A stretch of DNA of 63,980 nt, filler included, from Octopus bimaculoides (lineage: Eukaryota), in the NCBI RefSeq assembly GCF_001194135.2. It is 7 parts of 7 records of this genome, joined end to end, with 100 filler letters (N's around TTAATTAATTAA, not from the genome) between each part and the next. Parts side by side here need not be neighbours in the genome. Positions count along the whole stretch, not along the records: positions 1 to 15,445 come from NC_069003.1; 6 more parts are not named here. One strand, 5' to 3'. Below the pieces are notes generated by a model, which saw nothing but the letters and a program-made list of their open reading frames with translations, had not been told where the DNA came from and did no database searches. Every line of letters begins with the position of its first letter. Position 1 is the first letter of the stretch. Shown here in pieces: positions 1 to 12,075 of the stretch. A program made the translations under genes and the position numbers.

Positions 1-240
1 GTGTTTCCTAAGATTAATTTTGAGGATGTGGTCAAAGACTTTGTAATTAAAAAAGGAGTAGAAGAAAACTCGTCAAATATGAATAAAGTGGAAGTATATA
101 CAAATAAACGTTATTGAGTGTGCCTTTCCAAATGTAGACATTGCCGTTCTATATCTAAGAGATGAGGGATTCTGTATATTATTTACATTATTTACATCGT
201 TTACATTTGACGGATATTTGTCCTCATCTTGTTTGTTGTT

Positions 241-286
241 AACACAACGTTTCGGCTGATATACCCTCCAGCCTTCATCAGGTGTC
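241..286 (-). ncRNA. Minimal type I hammerhead ribozyme motif (Penelope-like element pLTR type)
   Basis: Minus strand reads GACAC-CUGAUGA-A-GGCUG(GAGGGUAUAU)CAGCC-GAAAC-GUU-GUGUU. Core CUGAUGA/GAAA is intact, stem II is 5 bp, stem I is GACAC/GUGUU, and the palindrome AACGUU replaces stem III as in PLE minimal hammerheads. Confidence 0.75.
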
Positions 287-289
287 TTA

Positions 290-410
290 GGGGAAAAATA
301 CGAAAACTAAAAGAAGCAGCACATATGCTAGGACACAACAACCTCCTAAGCAGACCGAGTGCAGATATGAACAGCATATGGGAACCGATATTAAGGAAGG
401 ATAGATAAAT
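290..410 (+). mobile_element. Penelope-like element GIY-YIG endonuclease C-terminal fragment, inverted relative to the adjacent hammerhead
   Basis: Manual translation RKLKEAAHMLGHNNLLSRPSADMNSIWEPILRKDR* resembles PLE C-termini (RKxKEA..I...LN.....S.IW.PIL). Confidence 0.5.
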
Positions 411-539
411 ATTAGATTTATAAGCCCTAAAATTCCCTCCATAATTTCCCACGGGCATATGGCGTAGTGGTCACTGTCATTATTATTATTAATTTTCTTC
501 ATCTCGACTAAGTACCTGTGCATTCATCATCATTATTTT

Positions 540-617
540 ACCTATTTTAATCAACGTGTGAAAAATTGAAGCATGTCTTTGACCATTCCGAGCTGTATGA
601 ACTTTTGGCCCACCCTG
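540..617 (-). mobile_element. Tc1/mariner terminal fragment
   Basis: Reverse complement starts CAGGGTGGGCCAAAAGT, a Tc1-type TIR resembling the 51424 TIR. It abuts a (CA)n repeat. Confidence 0.4.
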
Positions 618-1861
618 TGTACACACACACACACACACACACACAAGCTCAGACTCCAATTGCTGACGTCTCGCCTACGAATCTTTGAGCAATGGCGATC
701 TGAGTAACGCTGCTACTAAACAAACGGCGTACAAACCGAACACCCTGTGTTGAGTGCTACTTACTAATGTTTGTCTACCTACCCTCGTGTGTGTATGTGT
801 GTGTACGAGTGCGTACGTGCGTATATCATTACATATATGAGTGTATTTGTACGATACGTAGAGGTGTCCATGTTTGTCATCGTGTGTTACGTAACATTCG
901 TACATCTGGCTTTTCTTTCTACCGCATGAAGCATCCCGGATGAAACTTAACCTATTTCTGTAGAACCAACCAGGGTTGCAGATTTGATGGGTTTCAGTTG
1001 GAACCAGGGTTCACCGAGCCGTATAATCTCCATAGAATAAACAACTTTAGTTTTTACAGCATGGCTTTTCAGTTTTTGACACTTCTCATGTACACATGTG
1101 TGAATATATATACATATATATATANNNNNNNNNNNNNNNNNNNNNNNNNNNNNNNNNNNNNNNNNNNNNNNNNNNNNNNNNNNNNNNNNNNNNNNNNNNN
1201 NNNNNNNNNNNNNNNNNNNNNNNNNNNNNNNNNNNNNNNNNNNNNNNNNNNNNNNNNNNNNNNNNNNNNNNNNNNNNNNNNNNNNNNNNNNNNNNNNNNN
1301 NNNNNNNNNNNNNNNNNNNNNNNNNNNNNNNNNNNNNNNNNNNNNNNNNNNNNNNNNNNNNNNNNNNNNNNNNNNNNNNNNNNNNNNNNNNNNNNNNNNN
1401 NNNNNNNNNNNNNNNNNNNNNATATATATATATATAGTATTTATATATATATATATATATAGTATTTATATATATATATTCATGTATGTATGTATATGTA
1501 TGTATATATATATATATATGTATGCATATGTATGTACGCGTGTATGTATGTATATATATGTATATATAAATATTATATCTATCTATTTACCTATCTATAT
1601 ATGTGTATATGTGTGTGTGTCTGTGTTTGCGCGCGCGCGCGAGTGTAGTGTGTATGGGTGCGTGCGCGCGCGTTTGTATACATTTGTATATATGTATTTG
1701 TATACCGCATTTTTGTACACACACATACACACACACACAGACTGACAGACAGACAGACAAACAGACAGAGATAAACGGATAGACTTGCACAAAGATATAT
1801 AAACATATATACATATTGGTTTCAAATTTTGGCTCAAGGCCAGCAATTTCGGGGAAGCTCT

Positions 1862-2420
1862 AAGGCCTTGTGGAAAGAAGTAAGGAGGCATCACATGTCC
1901 TTCATTGCTGATAACCCCTAAAACCATGACAGTCGCAACAAATTTTGTATGCATAACACTTGAAACTTCAGAAGGGTCTGCACATAACCATCTGTCATTT
2001 TTTCTGTTACCTTTTTGATCTTGGTCGAAATTTTTCTCGTTAGATAAAAACAAAATCAAATCTTTTGCTGGATTTTTCAGTTTGTTTAAGAGCCTTTTAG
2101 ATCTGTTGTAATGATTTTCTTTTGCTTTTTCTGACAAATTGACCTTTCGTCATCATATAAGACTTATACCTAATGTCTTCGTGAACAACATTTCTGACTG
2201 TTCCTTCTGACACATGGAGATCTTTTGCAATTGACCTCATGGACTTTCTGGGATTGTAACCAATGGTATGTTGAACTTGCTGGATAAATTCAGGTGTTCT
2301 GATGATTTCAGAGCACTTAGAACACTTTTTATGCCTTGATACTGGTGATACATTTCCATCTTCAGTCTCTAGCTCCTTACAAACTTTGTAGACGAAAGAT
2401 CTAATACATGAAGCATTAAA
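1862..2420 (-). mobile_element. Degenerate IS630-Tc1-mariner (maT/DD37D-like) transposase fragment
   Basis: Translation across frameshifts gives RTPEFIQQVQ..NPRKSMRSIAKDLHVSEGTVRNVVHEDIRYKSY..SEKAKENHYNRSKRLLNKLK..FLSNEKNFDQDQKGNRKNDRWLC..KFVATVMVLGVISNEGHVMPPYFFPQGLR. It is truncated at 1860 by a SINE-tail fragment. Confidence 0.85.
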
Positions 2421-2544
2421 AATAACGAGGTCTGCTCAAAATGAGTTTGAACTCTTGAAATATTGCCGACGCATCGTGTTCAAGATAGCAATGCGTAGCA
2501 ATGACTTTGTCTTTGAGTTTAATCTATAGTTGATTATAGATATG

Positions 2545-2635
2545 ATAGAAGATACCTGTCTAAGTTTCCGCACGGTGAGATTGAACCCGAGACCTCGTAG
2601 GTGTCAAGCGAACTTCTTAGCCACACAGCTATGTC
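2545..2635 (-). mobile_element. tRNA-derived SINE head (family B), decayed
   Basis: Reverse complement similar to the 5' ~90 bp of the 19057 copy. Confidence 0.55.
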
Positions 2636-2679
2636 TATGTCATTGCCTCGTGATCTTTTCGAAAACCCTGAAAAAATAG

Positions 2680-2680
<1 letters not shown>

Positions 2681-2717
<37 letters not shown>

Positions 2718-2766
2718 TATAATAATAATAATTCTTATAATAATAATAATAATAATTATAATAATA
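2681..2766. repeat. (TAA)n microsatellite
   Basis: Seen directly, with a few interruptions. Confidence 0.95.
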
Positions 2767-3124
2767 GTAATCAACGGGATGGTCACATCAGGGTCACATC
2801 TGGCATATCTTTACTCATAGACACGCCTATATACGGAAGAACTTTGCGTCATAGCCACGTGGTTCTAATTTTTATCCCATGATGCAACACTTTGGGCGAG
2901 TGCTTGCAACTGTCGCCTGAGGTCAAGCAAAATCTTTTGAGTGGAATTTTGGAAAAGGAAACTAAGTGGGCGACTGATGGATTAGCAGAGAGCATGGGTG
3001 GCCTATTGGATAAAATAGCAGACATATAACAGAGAGGTCGAGGGTTCGTATTTTCTACAGGACAGAGCAACGTCAGAGACATTTAATTTACCATTTAATT
3101 CTCAAAGTGTCCCAGTCTACTTAG

Positions 3125-3520
3125 CTGTAAACAGGTACCAACTTCAATGACATCTCTTACGAAAATTTAGACTCTCAAACATGATCAATATCATATTCTT
3201 TCCATCAGAGGACATCCAGGCGAACATCATCACTTTGGCGAGGTTTTTGCACCTGTAAATGACATTTTTAGCTCTCTCGTGTGGGCCAGAAGCCAGAACT
3301 CGGCTGTTGTGTCTGTCTGTGTGCGTATCTTGGGTGAAATTCTTCTCATCTGTGTAAAAGATCCCTCCAAGGTTTTGTTTCACCTTGTTCAAAAGGATCT
3401 TCACCCTCTCCAACCTTCTAACCTTTTGTAACCCGGTGCCTCACAGGTCACGTGTAGGATTTGATACACGTCTTCTGTCACCGCTCTTTGAACTGCCATG
3501 GCTGAACCTCTCACGTGCCA
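3125..3520 (-). mobile_element. Second, divergent maT-like Tc1/mariner transposase relic
   Basis: ORF 3144-3413 ERVKILLNKVK..IFYTDEKNFTQD....RHNSRVLA..VMMFAWMSSDGK parallels the 1862-2420 relic (first catalytic D in TDEKNF). Confidence 0.7.
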
Positions 3521-3623
3521 AGCATCTTAGGGATTGAGTTGGATCTCTTCTGAATACATATACCCACACACACACACATATATATATATATGCAATTATA
3601 TATTTACATACATACGCGCTCAT

Positions 3624-3626
<3 letters not shown>

Positions 3627-3703
<77 letters not shown>
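3627..3703. repeat. (TA)n microsatellite
   Basis: Seen directly. Confidence 0.95.
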
Positions 3704-3707
<4 letters not shown>

Positions 3708-4119
3708 AAATAGTATATATATATATATGCATATATACACACATATATGTAGATACCTACATATATATGTATATATACATGCATACGTGGGTACAGGATG
3801 TCAAAAAAACGTGAACAAAATGAGAAACGAGAACATAAAAAACAAAAGCATGGAAAACGAAAATTATTTTCGAACAACGAAAGAAACAAATAGAGAAACG
3901 AGACAAGCAACATAAATAACATTCCCTTCATCAGCTGTCCCCTATTTTATCTACTTCGCGTTTCGAAGGTAGAGACAAGACGTGACTTCGTTAAAACAGT
4001 CCTTCCCCCAAAGCAAATTAAATGAAATTTGGGGATTTTTTGCGGAGGGTTAAAGTGATAACAAAAACAGGACAGTAAGAACAAACGGTAAGAGCAGTTA
4101 AGCCAGTACGAGGTAAAGT

Positions 4120-4152
<33 letters not shown>

Positions 4153-4692
4153 ACATGTAAACACACGCGAGCATATGTATATATATAGAGAGAGAAAGAG
4201 AGAGTGAGAGAGGAGGTGAGAGGGAGAGAGAAAAACATATCCCTCTATATAATCACTATCATCATCATCATCATCATCATCATTCTCGTATCACCACCAC
4301 TACCACCACCACCACCACCGCCATCACCACTACCAACATCACATCCTGCTGAACAGCTATCAACCTTTTGCACCACTTATTTACACAGTTTTTCTCTTCC
4401 GTTCAAACTTTAACTGGCCACACCACCACCACCGCCACCACCGCCACCACAACCACAACCACCACCACACCAACCCCCACCGCCCCCATTACTCCACTAC
4501 TACTCGCTATAATCGTGTTACCATATGTTGTTCGTGTTGCTATTGTTGTTGTTGTTGTTGCTTAACTTCAGCTCGGCCTACATTGAGCAAAACTATGGCC
4601 GTCATTATAATTATTATTGTTGTTGTTATTGATGTTATTGTTGTTATTGTTGTTGTTGTTCCCCTCGTCCTTCGCCCTGGTAGCAAATAAAT

Positions 4693-4762
<70 letters not shown>

Positions 4763-5444
4763 GTTATCATTATTATCGTGGCATCATGTGTGTAATGCAC
4801 TCTGAGACTTGGCAGTTTTTTTTTTGNNNNNNNNNNNNNNNNNNNNNNNNNNNNNNNNNNNNNNNNNNNNNNNNNNNNNNNNNNNNNNNNNNNNNNNNNN
4901 NNNNNNNNNNNNNNNNNNNNNNNNNNNNNNNNNNNNNNNNNNNNNNNNNNNNNNNNNNNNNNNNNNNNNNNNNNNNNNNNNNNNNNNNNNNNNNNNNNNN
5001 NNNNNNNNNNNNNNNNNNNNNNNNNNNNNNNNNNNNNNNNNNNNNNNNNNNNNNNNNNNNNNNNNNNNNNNNNNNNNNNNNNNNNNNNNNNNNNNNNNNN
5101 NNNNNNNNNNNNNNNNNNNNNNNNNNNNNNNNNNNNNNNNNNNNNNNNNNNNNNNNNNNNNNNNNNNNNNNNNNNNNNNNNNNNNNNNNNNNNNNNNNNN
5201 NNNNNNNNNNNNNNNNNNNNNNNNNNNNNNNNNNNNNNNNNNNNNNNNNNNNNNNNNNNNNNNNNNNNNNNNNNNNNNNNNNNNNNNNNNNNNNNNNNNN
5301 NNNNNNNNNNNNNNNNNNNNNNNNNNNNNNNNNNNNNNNNNNNNNNNNNNNNNNNNNNNNNNNNNNNNNNNNNNNNNNNNNNNNNNNNNNNNNNNNNNAC
5401 TCTTGACCAGACATGTTTTCATGTTCAAAACTTTATACTGATAT

Positions 5445-5575
5445 CAAATTCTGGCACAAGGCCAGCAATTTTGAAGGAGAGGATAAGTCAAATTGCATTG
5501 AACCCTAGCATGCAACTCGTATTTATTTTATCGAACCTCCGAAGGGATGAAAGGCTAAGTCGAACTTTGTTCAAC
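5445..5575 (-). mobile_element. SINE family A 3' part
   Basis: Reverse complement matches the 3' part of the 5596 and 11508 copies plus the ggccagcaatt tail. Confidence 0.6.
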
Positions 5576-5595
5576 ATTTACTATTACCACGCAGA

Positions 5596-5775
5596 AAGGC
5601 GGCGAACTGGTAGAATCGTTACCGCGCCGGGAAAAATGCTAAGCGACATTTCATCCGTCCTCGCTTTCCGTGTTCAAAATCCGCCGAGGTCGACTTTGCT
5701 TTTCATCCTTTCAAGGTCGATAAAATAAGTACCAGTTGCATACTGAGGCCAACGTAATCGACTTAACCTTTCCCG
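5596..5775 (+). mobile_element. tRNA-derived SINE family A
   Basis: aaggcggcgaactggtagaatcgtt...gttcaaaatccgccgaggtcgactttgctttcatcc...ccagt. Recurs at 11508, 24546, 28570(-), 41650, 50790 and 61567. Confidence 0.85.
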
Positions 5776-6090
5776 CGAAATTGAGTGCAAATACTTCCAA
5801 GTGAACCAATTACTATTGGTATCAGGTCTACTCTCTTCATTGACCACAACCTCCGTATTTCCCACTTCAAATCGTCATAGTTGTTTATTTGTTCTTCTTC
5901 TTTCACGTTGATCCTGTTGTCACCGAGGCATGCTATATCGATTACCATACATGTTCCTTCTTTTTTATTCACCACAACAACACCCGGTTTCCGATGTCTG
6001 GCCGGGTGATCGCACTGGATCATTGCATCCCACGGGATTTTACAATTCTCATTTTCGGTGACTCCTTCTGGAGTTTTGCCCAACACCTAT
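5776..6090 (-). mobile_element. Dong/R4-like non-LTR retrotransposon, restriction-like endonuclease fragment
   Basis: ORF ENENCKIPWDAMIQCDH..RHRKPGVVVVNKKEGTCMVIDIACLGD..KEEEQINNYDDLKWEIRRLW..IPIVIGSLG matches the RKPD..ID.A.P.D..KE.EK..KY pattern of R2-superfamily REL domains. Confidence 0.85.
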
Positions 6091-6094
6091 AGCA

Positions 6095-6235
6095 ATCTAA
6101 TTTGTTTGAGCAGTTGAAAAAACACTTTGCAGAACATGATGAAACAGGAATTGTTACTAAGATGTTGACGGCCATGAAAGCTGCTTTTATATACTCTTTC
6201 AACGACATCAAAGCCAATGCCTGTGGAATCTAGTG
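6095..6235 (-). mobile_element. hAT transposase C-terminal (dimerisation domain) relic
   Basis: Translation AVNILVTIPVSSCSAKCFF resembles the hATC motif ILLTIPVSSASAERSFS. Confidence 0.45.
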
Positions 6236-6861
6236 AATGCGTGCTCTCCGTAAGCAAATTTTGCGTAGGTAGATTGCCTTTATCGCGTTTCGGAGACAGA
6301 GTTTAACACAATAATGTGATGTGACAAATTGATTGATCTTTTATGGGTCATCTGACGCATCAGGCTTGATGATAATATAACCGAGTGCACAGTGTATTCC
6401 TTGCTCATTACCATTGAAATCACTGTGATTTCATTTCCTCAATAATTTATCCGGACTGAAATAATAGGTTGATATGCGAAAGAACAGTTTGACAGTTTGG
6501 TCTAGCAGCACTTCCGTTGCTGAGTCACTAACAAAGAATTATATAATTGACGAAGACAATTGATTTTTACTCTGGCTGCAACTCTTGCTTTCTTGAATGA
6601 AAATTGTTTCTTGATTGTTTTCGCTTATATCTTTTAAATTTTCTTTCCGAAACACATTTAGAAGGTGTTTAGAATCTAAGCTGTCCGATGAACGGGAACG
6701 TGAAACTCTGAGCAGCAAACTTTTTGTGTTATTTTTGTGATGTTTTTCAGCTTTAATAATAATAATGTGTGTGTGTGTGTGTGTGTGTAGTTGAAATTTA
6801 CAGAAAAACAAAAGACAAAGACAGGTGTATAAACAAGAAGCAGCTCGAGAAAGTGAGAAAG

Positions 6862-6899
6862 CCTTTTACGTTTCGAGCCTACGCTCTTCAGCGGAAAGG
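6862..6899 (-). ncRNA. Decayed Penelope-type hammerhead motif
   Basis: Minus strand CCUUUCCG-CUGAA-GAGC(GUAG)GCUC-GAAAC-GUA-AAAGG. The core appears to have lost 3 nt, but the hairpin and palindromic stem III region are retained. Confidence 0.4.
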
Positions 6900-7494
6900 A
6901 TCACGATGAAATAAACNNNNNNNNNNNNNNNNNNNNNNNNNNNNNNNNNNNNNNNNNNNNNNNNNNNNNNNNNNNNNNNNNNNNNNNNNNNNNNNNNNNN
7001 NNNNNNNNNNNNNNNNNNNNNNNNNNNNNNNNNNNNNNNNNNNNNNNNNNNNNNNNNNNNNNNNNNNNNNNNNNNNNNNNNNNNNNNNNNNNNNNNNNNN
7101 NNNNNNNNNNNNNNNNNNNNNNNNNNNNNNNNNNNNNNNNNNNNNNNNNNNNNNNNNNNNNNNNNNNNNNNNNNNNNNNNNNNNNNNNNNNNNNNNNNNN
7201 NNNNNNNNNNNNNNNNNNNNNNNNNNNNNNNNNNNNNNNNNNNNNNNNNNNNNNNNNNNNNNNNNNNNNACATATATATAGATATGCATATAAATATATA
7301 TATACGTATATCCATATATATATATATATACACATACATATATACATGCATATATATACAAGCATACATACACACACATACACACATGTATATATATATA
7401 TATATGCATACATATACATACATGCATACATACATACACACAGATACACACACCTGCGCTCGCGCACACACACAAACATATATATGAGTGTGTG

Positions 7495-7547
<53 letters not shown>

Positions 7548-7935
7548 CATCAAAACTCACATCACAAAATCACCAACATCAATAACAGTCTCCGCCGCCG
7601 CCTCCGCCGCTGTCACTGCTACCAACAACACCAACATCATCGCAACGTCATCGCCAACAAACAGCGTCACCGACAACAAATCAACACCACCACCACCACC
7701 ACTATTACCCCCCCTTCTCCGCCATCACAACCCTCCCCGCTACCATAGCAACAACACCAACATTAATATCGTTGTTCTTGCTGTTATGAGTCAGACACCA
7801 GCTTCCTACTCACATCCGTCTTAACTTCGTCAATTTTTATTCAGCTGCTGCCATTCCGTAACCAAAAACCCGGATCTAATTACAAAACACGTTCGAGTTT
7901 AATTCTTTCTGGAACCGTGTAACAAGTGCAAAACA

Positions 7936-8190
7936 TATTCTTTTATTCTTTTACTTGTCTCAGTCATTTGACTGCGGCCATGCTGGAGTACAGACTTGAA
8001 AAGGTTTTTAGTCGAACAAATCGACCCCGGACTTGTTTTTTTCAAGCCCAGCACTTATCCTATCGGTCTCTTTTGCCGAACCGCAAGTTTAGGGAGACGT
8101 AAACACACCATTAGCGGTTATCAAGTAGTGGTGGATGGTGGGGGGACAAACATAGACACAAACACACACACACATGCACACACACACACA
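7936..8190 (-). mobile_element. SINE family B, 3' half
   Basis: Reverse complement of 19240-19450 (ttgactgcggccatgctggag...gccgaaccgc..agtt). Confidence 0.85.
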
Positions 8191-8778
8191 CACNNNNNNN
8201 NNNNNNNNNNNNNNNNNNNNNNNNNNNNNNNNNNNNNNNNNNNNNNNNNNNNNNNNNNNNNNNNNNNNNNNNNNNNNNNNNNNNNNNNNNNNNNNNNNNN
8301 NNNNNNNNNNNNNNNNNNNNNNNNNNNNNNNNNNNNNNNNNNNNNNNNNNNNNNNNNNNNNNNNNNNNNNNNNNNNNNNNNNNNNNNNNNNNNNNNNNNN
8401 NNNNNNNNNNNNNNNNNNNNNNNNNNNNNNNNNNNNNNNNNNNNNNNNNNNNNNNNNNNNNNNNNNNNNNNNNNNNNNNNNNNNNNNNNAAACCCAAAAG
8501 AACAAAAGAAACATAACTGTTAATTAATTAATTAATTAATTAACTCGTTCATTTATTTACTTATTAATTATTCATTGCTGGGTCTGGAAGGAGGAGTATT
8601 CTCCTTGTCCTTCGGCACTCCTCCCAAACCGGCGAGGCCTGCTGTTAATGATCCGCCCCAGGCGGCACCCTGGTTTTAAAAATAAGCTAAATTAAAACCG
8701 TCCGTTAAAATTTCACGTTAATTTATGTCCCAAATGCTAATTCAATTATGACGAAGTAATTTTACGAAATTATTCTTT

Positions 8779-8945
8779 AAGGCGCCGGCGTGGCTGTCTG
8801 GTAAGAAACTTGCTTCACAACCACGTGGTTCCGGGTTCAGTCCCGCTGCGTGACACCTTCAGCAAGTGTCTTCTACTATTGCCACGGCCAGACTAAAGTC
8901 TTGTGAATGGATTTGGTAGACGGAAACTGAGAAAAAGCTCTTCTT
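8779..8945 (+). mobile_element. SINE family B, 5' half
   Basis: A-box-like gtggctgtctggtaag, B-box-like gggttcagtccc, then gcaagtgtcttctactat...ggatttggtagacggaaactg. Confidence 0.85.
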
Positions 8946-9167
8946 GTGTGTGTGTTTGTGTTTATGCTTGTGTCTATGTCTGTGTATGTATGTATGCATG
9001 CATGTATGTATGCATGCATGCATGTATGTATGTATGTATGTATGTATGTATGTATGTATGTATGTGTGTATGTATTGGCAAATGTAAAATAAGAACAAAA
9101 ACAGCAAAAGGACGAACACAGTGAATGTATTATTTTGACGGTCAGTTTAAGTTGGAGTAAAAAGGAG

Positions 9168-9205
9168 GTGTGACGTTTCGAGTATGGACCTTCGTCAGAA
9201 AGAGG
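9168..9205 (-). ncRNA. Decayed Penelope-type hammerhead motif
   Basis: Minus strand CUGACGA-A-GGUCCAUACUC-GAAAC-GUC. Core and GUC site are intact; stem II is weak and stem I is not supported. Confidence 0.4.
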
Positions 9206-9394
9206 AAATGTCTGGAGAGAAGGAAAGAGATATTCTGACAAAAGCACGTGTGTAGCTACAAGGCCGAAGTGACCGTGACAACATGGTTTAACTGCATACA
9301 ACGTAACATCGACTGAATAAAAAAACTCAATACCTATATGGAGTCATATGTTGACAGTAACTTCGAAGTTTCACCAGGCATGTGGATAACTTAA

Positions 9395-9461
<67 letters not shown>

Positions 9462-9772
9462 GCCCATTTGCACATATATTCTTAAGTTGGTAACAGTTTT
9501 TGTGAGTACAGAATACCTTACTTTGTGAACAGGTTTTGTTCTCACGAAAAATGTGTGTGTATAAACACATACAAACATACATATATTCATACATACATTC
9601 CTGCATAAATACATACATACATACGTTCTATACATACATATATAGCAACACAAAAGCAATTTAGGAAATAACGTAATACAAAAGCAGTGAAGAAAAACAA
9701 ATCCAAATGGGAAAAAAACTAAAAAAAACAACCACAAAAGCCCTCACCGCACCCCTCCACCACATTTAGACC

Positions 9773-9824
<52 letters not shown>

Positions 9825-10826
9825 GGCTGGGACACAGGTGTAATATGGCCGCTGTCTGTTATGCGTTAAAGATTGTTTCAAGTCAGAATTTCAAAACATG
9901 GAGCTGAAAGAACTTTCTCAAAACATGTCAAAATTATCTCCTCAGAATAATGAAACGTTGCACAGTGGTGGTGGTGGTGGTGGGNNNNNNNNNNNNNNNN
10001 NNNNNNNNNNNNNNNNNNNNNNNNNNNNNNNNNNNNNNNNNNNNNNNNNNNNNNNNNNNNNNNNNNNNNNNNNNNNNNNNNNNNNNNNNNNNNNNNNNNN
10101 NNNNNNNNNNNNNNNNNNNNNNNNNNNNNNNNNNNNNNNNNNNNNNNNNNNNNNNNNNNNNNNNNNNNNNNNNNNNNNNNNNNNNNNNNNNNNNNNNNNN
10201 NNNNNNNNNNNNNNNNNNNNNNNNNNNNNNNNNNNNNNNNNNNNNNNNNNNNNNNNNNNNNNNNNNNNNNNNNNNNNNNNNNNNNNNNNNNNNNNNNNNN
10301 NNNNNNNNNNNNNNNNNNNNNNNNNNNNNNNNNNNNNNNNNNNNNNNNNNNNNNNNNNNNNNNNNNNNNNNNNNNNNNNNNNNNNNNNNNNNNNNNNNNN
10401 NNNNNNNNNNNNNNNNNNNNNNNNNNNNNNNNNNNNNNNNNNNNNNNNNNNNNNNNNNNNNNNNNNNNNNNNNNNNNNNNNNNNNNNNNNNNNNNNNNNN
10501 NNNNNNNNNNNNNNNNNNNNNNNNNNNNNNNNNNNNNNNNNNNNNNNNNNNNNNNNNNNNNNNNNNNNNNNNNNNNNNNNNNNNNNNNNNNNNNNNNNNN
10601 NNNNNNNNNNNNNNNNNNNNNNNNNNNNNNNNNNNNNNNNNNNNNNNNNNNNNNNNNNNNNNNNNNNNNNNNNNNNNNNNNNNNNNNNNNNNNNNNNNNN
10701 NNNNNNNNNNNNNNNNNNNNNNNNNNNNNNNNNNNNNNNNNNNNNNNNNNNNNNNNNNNNNNNNNNNNNNNNNNNNNNNNNNNNNNNNNNNNNNNNNNNN
10801 NNNNNNNNNNNNNNNNNNNNNNNNNN

Positions 10827-10878
<52 letters not shown>

Positions 10879-11507
10879 TCATACAAACACACACAACTAG
10901 AACTGTCCCTCCACTCTTAGCAGACGTTTGTCCCATTTAACAGAACATTACTCACAAAGAGTATCAACTCCACCAATTCCAATGCGTCTTTTTCTTGTTC
11001 GCCCCCACTCCCTAACCTACTAAACCACCGCCACCGCCGCCGCCGTCATCACACTGACATAACGCCCCTCATTCTTCTAAAATGCTTCTATCCTCACCAA
11101 CCGACCAACCAGCCAACCAACCAGCCCGCCATTTCTCGAGTCGTTCGAAGGAGTCTGTGACCCGCTAGAAATAACAACGACATGGACATCTGATCACACT
11201 TTGCTCCTTTACTCTTAATACAAACAGACGAAGGACACATTCGGTATATGTAGAGATAGAACTAAAATGTCTGAAAGCAAACTATGGTGGGTGGGTCACC
11301 GTTGGAACGTCCTTGGCTAGCTTCTTTTTATCATTTTATTTGTTTCAGTTATCGGATTGCTGCCATGCTGAAGTGTTTAGTCGAACAAATCCCCCCACCC
11401 CACCCTGCTATTGTTCTTATTCCTGTTGTAGTTGTTCTTGTTGTTTTTATTATTGCTATCGTTGTTGCTGTCATTATTGTTGTTATTATCACCATTAGCT
11501 CACCCCG

Positions 11508-11685
11508 TAAAATGCTAAGTGGTATTTCGTCCGCCGCTACGTTTTGAGTTCAAAATTTCGCCGAGGTCGACTTTGCCTTTCATCCTTTCAGGGTCGATAA
11601 ATTAAGTACCAGTGAAACATTGGGGTCGATGTAATCGATTAACCCTTCTCCCAAAATTTCAGGCCTTCTGCCTTTAATAGAAAGT
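11508..11685 (+). mobile_element. SINE family A, 5'-truncated
   Basis: Matches the 5596 copy from aaaatgctaag onward. Confidence 0.8.
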
Positions 11686-11689
11686 ATTG

Positions 11690-12075
11690 TTACTATTTCT
11701 TTTTATCACAGGTTTTGTTGGAGCTCCTGGAGTCTTGCACGCAAAGCAGGCTTACTACCTGCAGCCTACGATACCATTGCTATCCATTCTTTTCAGCTAT
11801 CTAATATTTTGTTGATTATTCTGGCTGTGCCAAGAAGGCAGACCTTTTGTAACAATTCTACTGGGCACTCTATTCCGATTTCCTGTATATTCCTCTTGAT
11901 GCCTTCTGATACTGTTCCCAAGGACCCAACAATAATTCGCACTATCTTCACCTTCTTCATTTTCCATAGCCAAGCTATTTCATACTTAAGAGGGTTGCAT
12001 CCATCTACCTTTTCGCCTTCCTTCTTGACTATTCGTGGGTCAAAGGGGCATGCAACATCAACTATGTAAAGCATA
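11690..12075 (-). mobile_element. Dong/R4-like LINE 3' end
   Basis: ORF YIVDVACPFDPRIVKKEGEKVD..LKYEIAWLWKMKKVKIVRIIVGSLG..LLQKVCLLGTARIINKILDS* plus a short 3' UTR. A (TAA)n run lies at its 5' side (12100-12125). Confidence 0.85.

Noticed and set aside
6280-6370. Hammerhead on minus (ctgatgcg ... ccgaaacgcg)
   Set aside because: The core is not CUGANGA and there is no stem I or II pairing.
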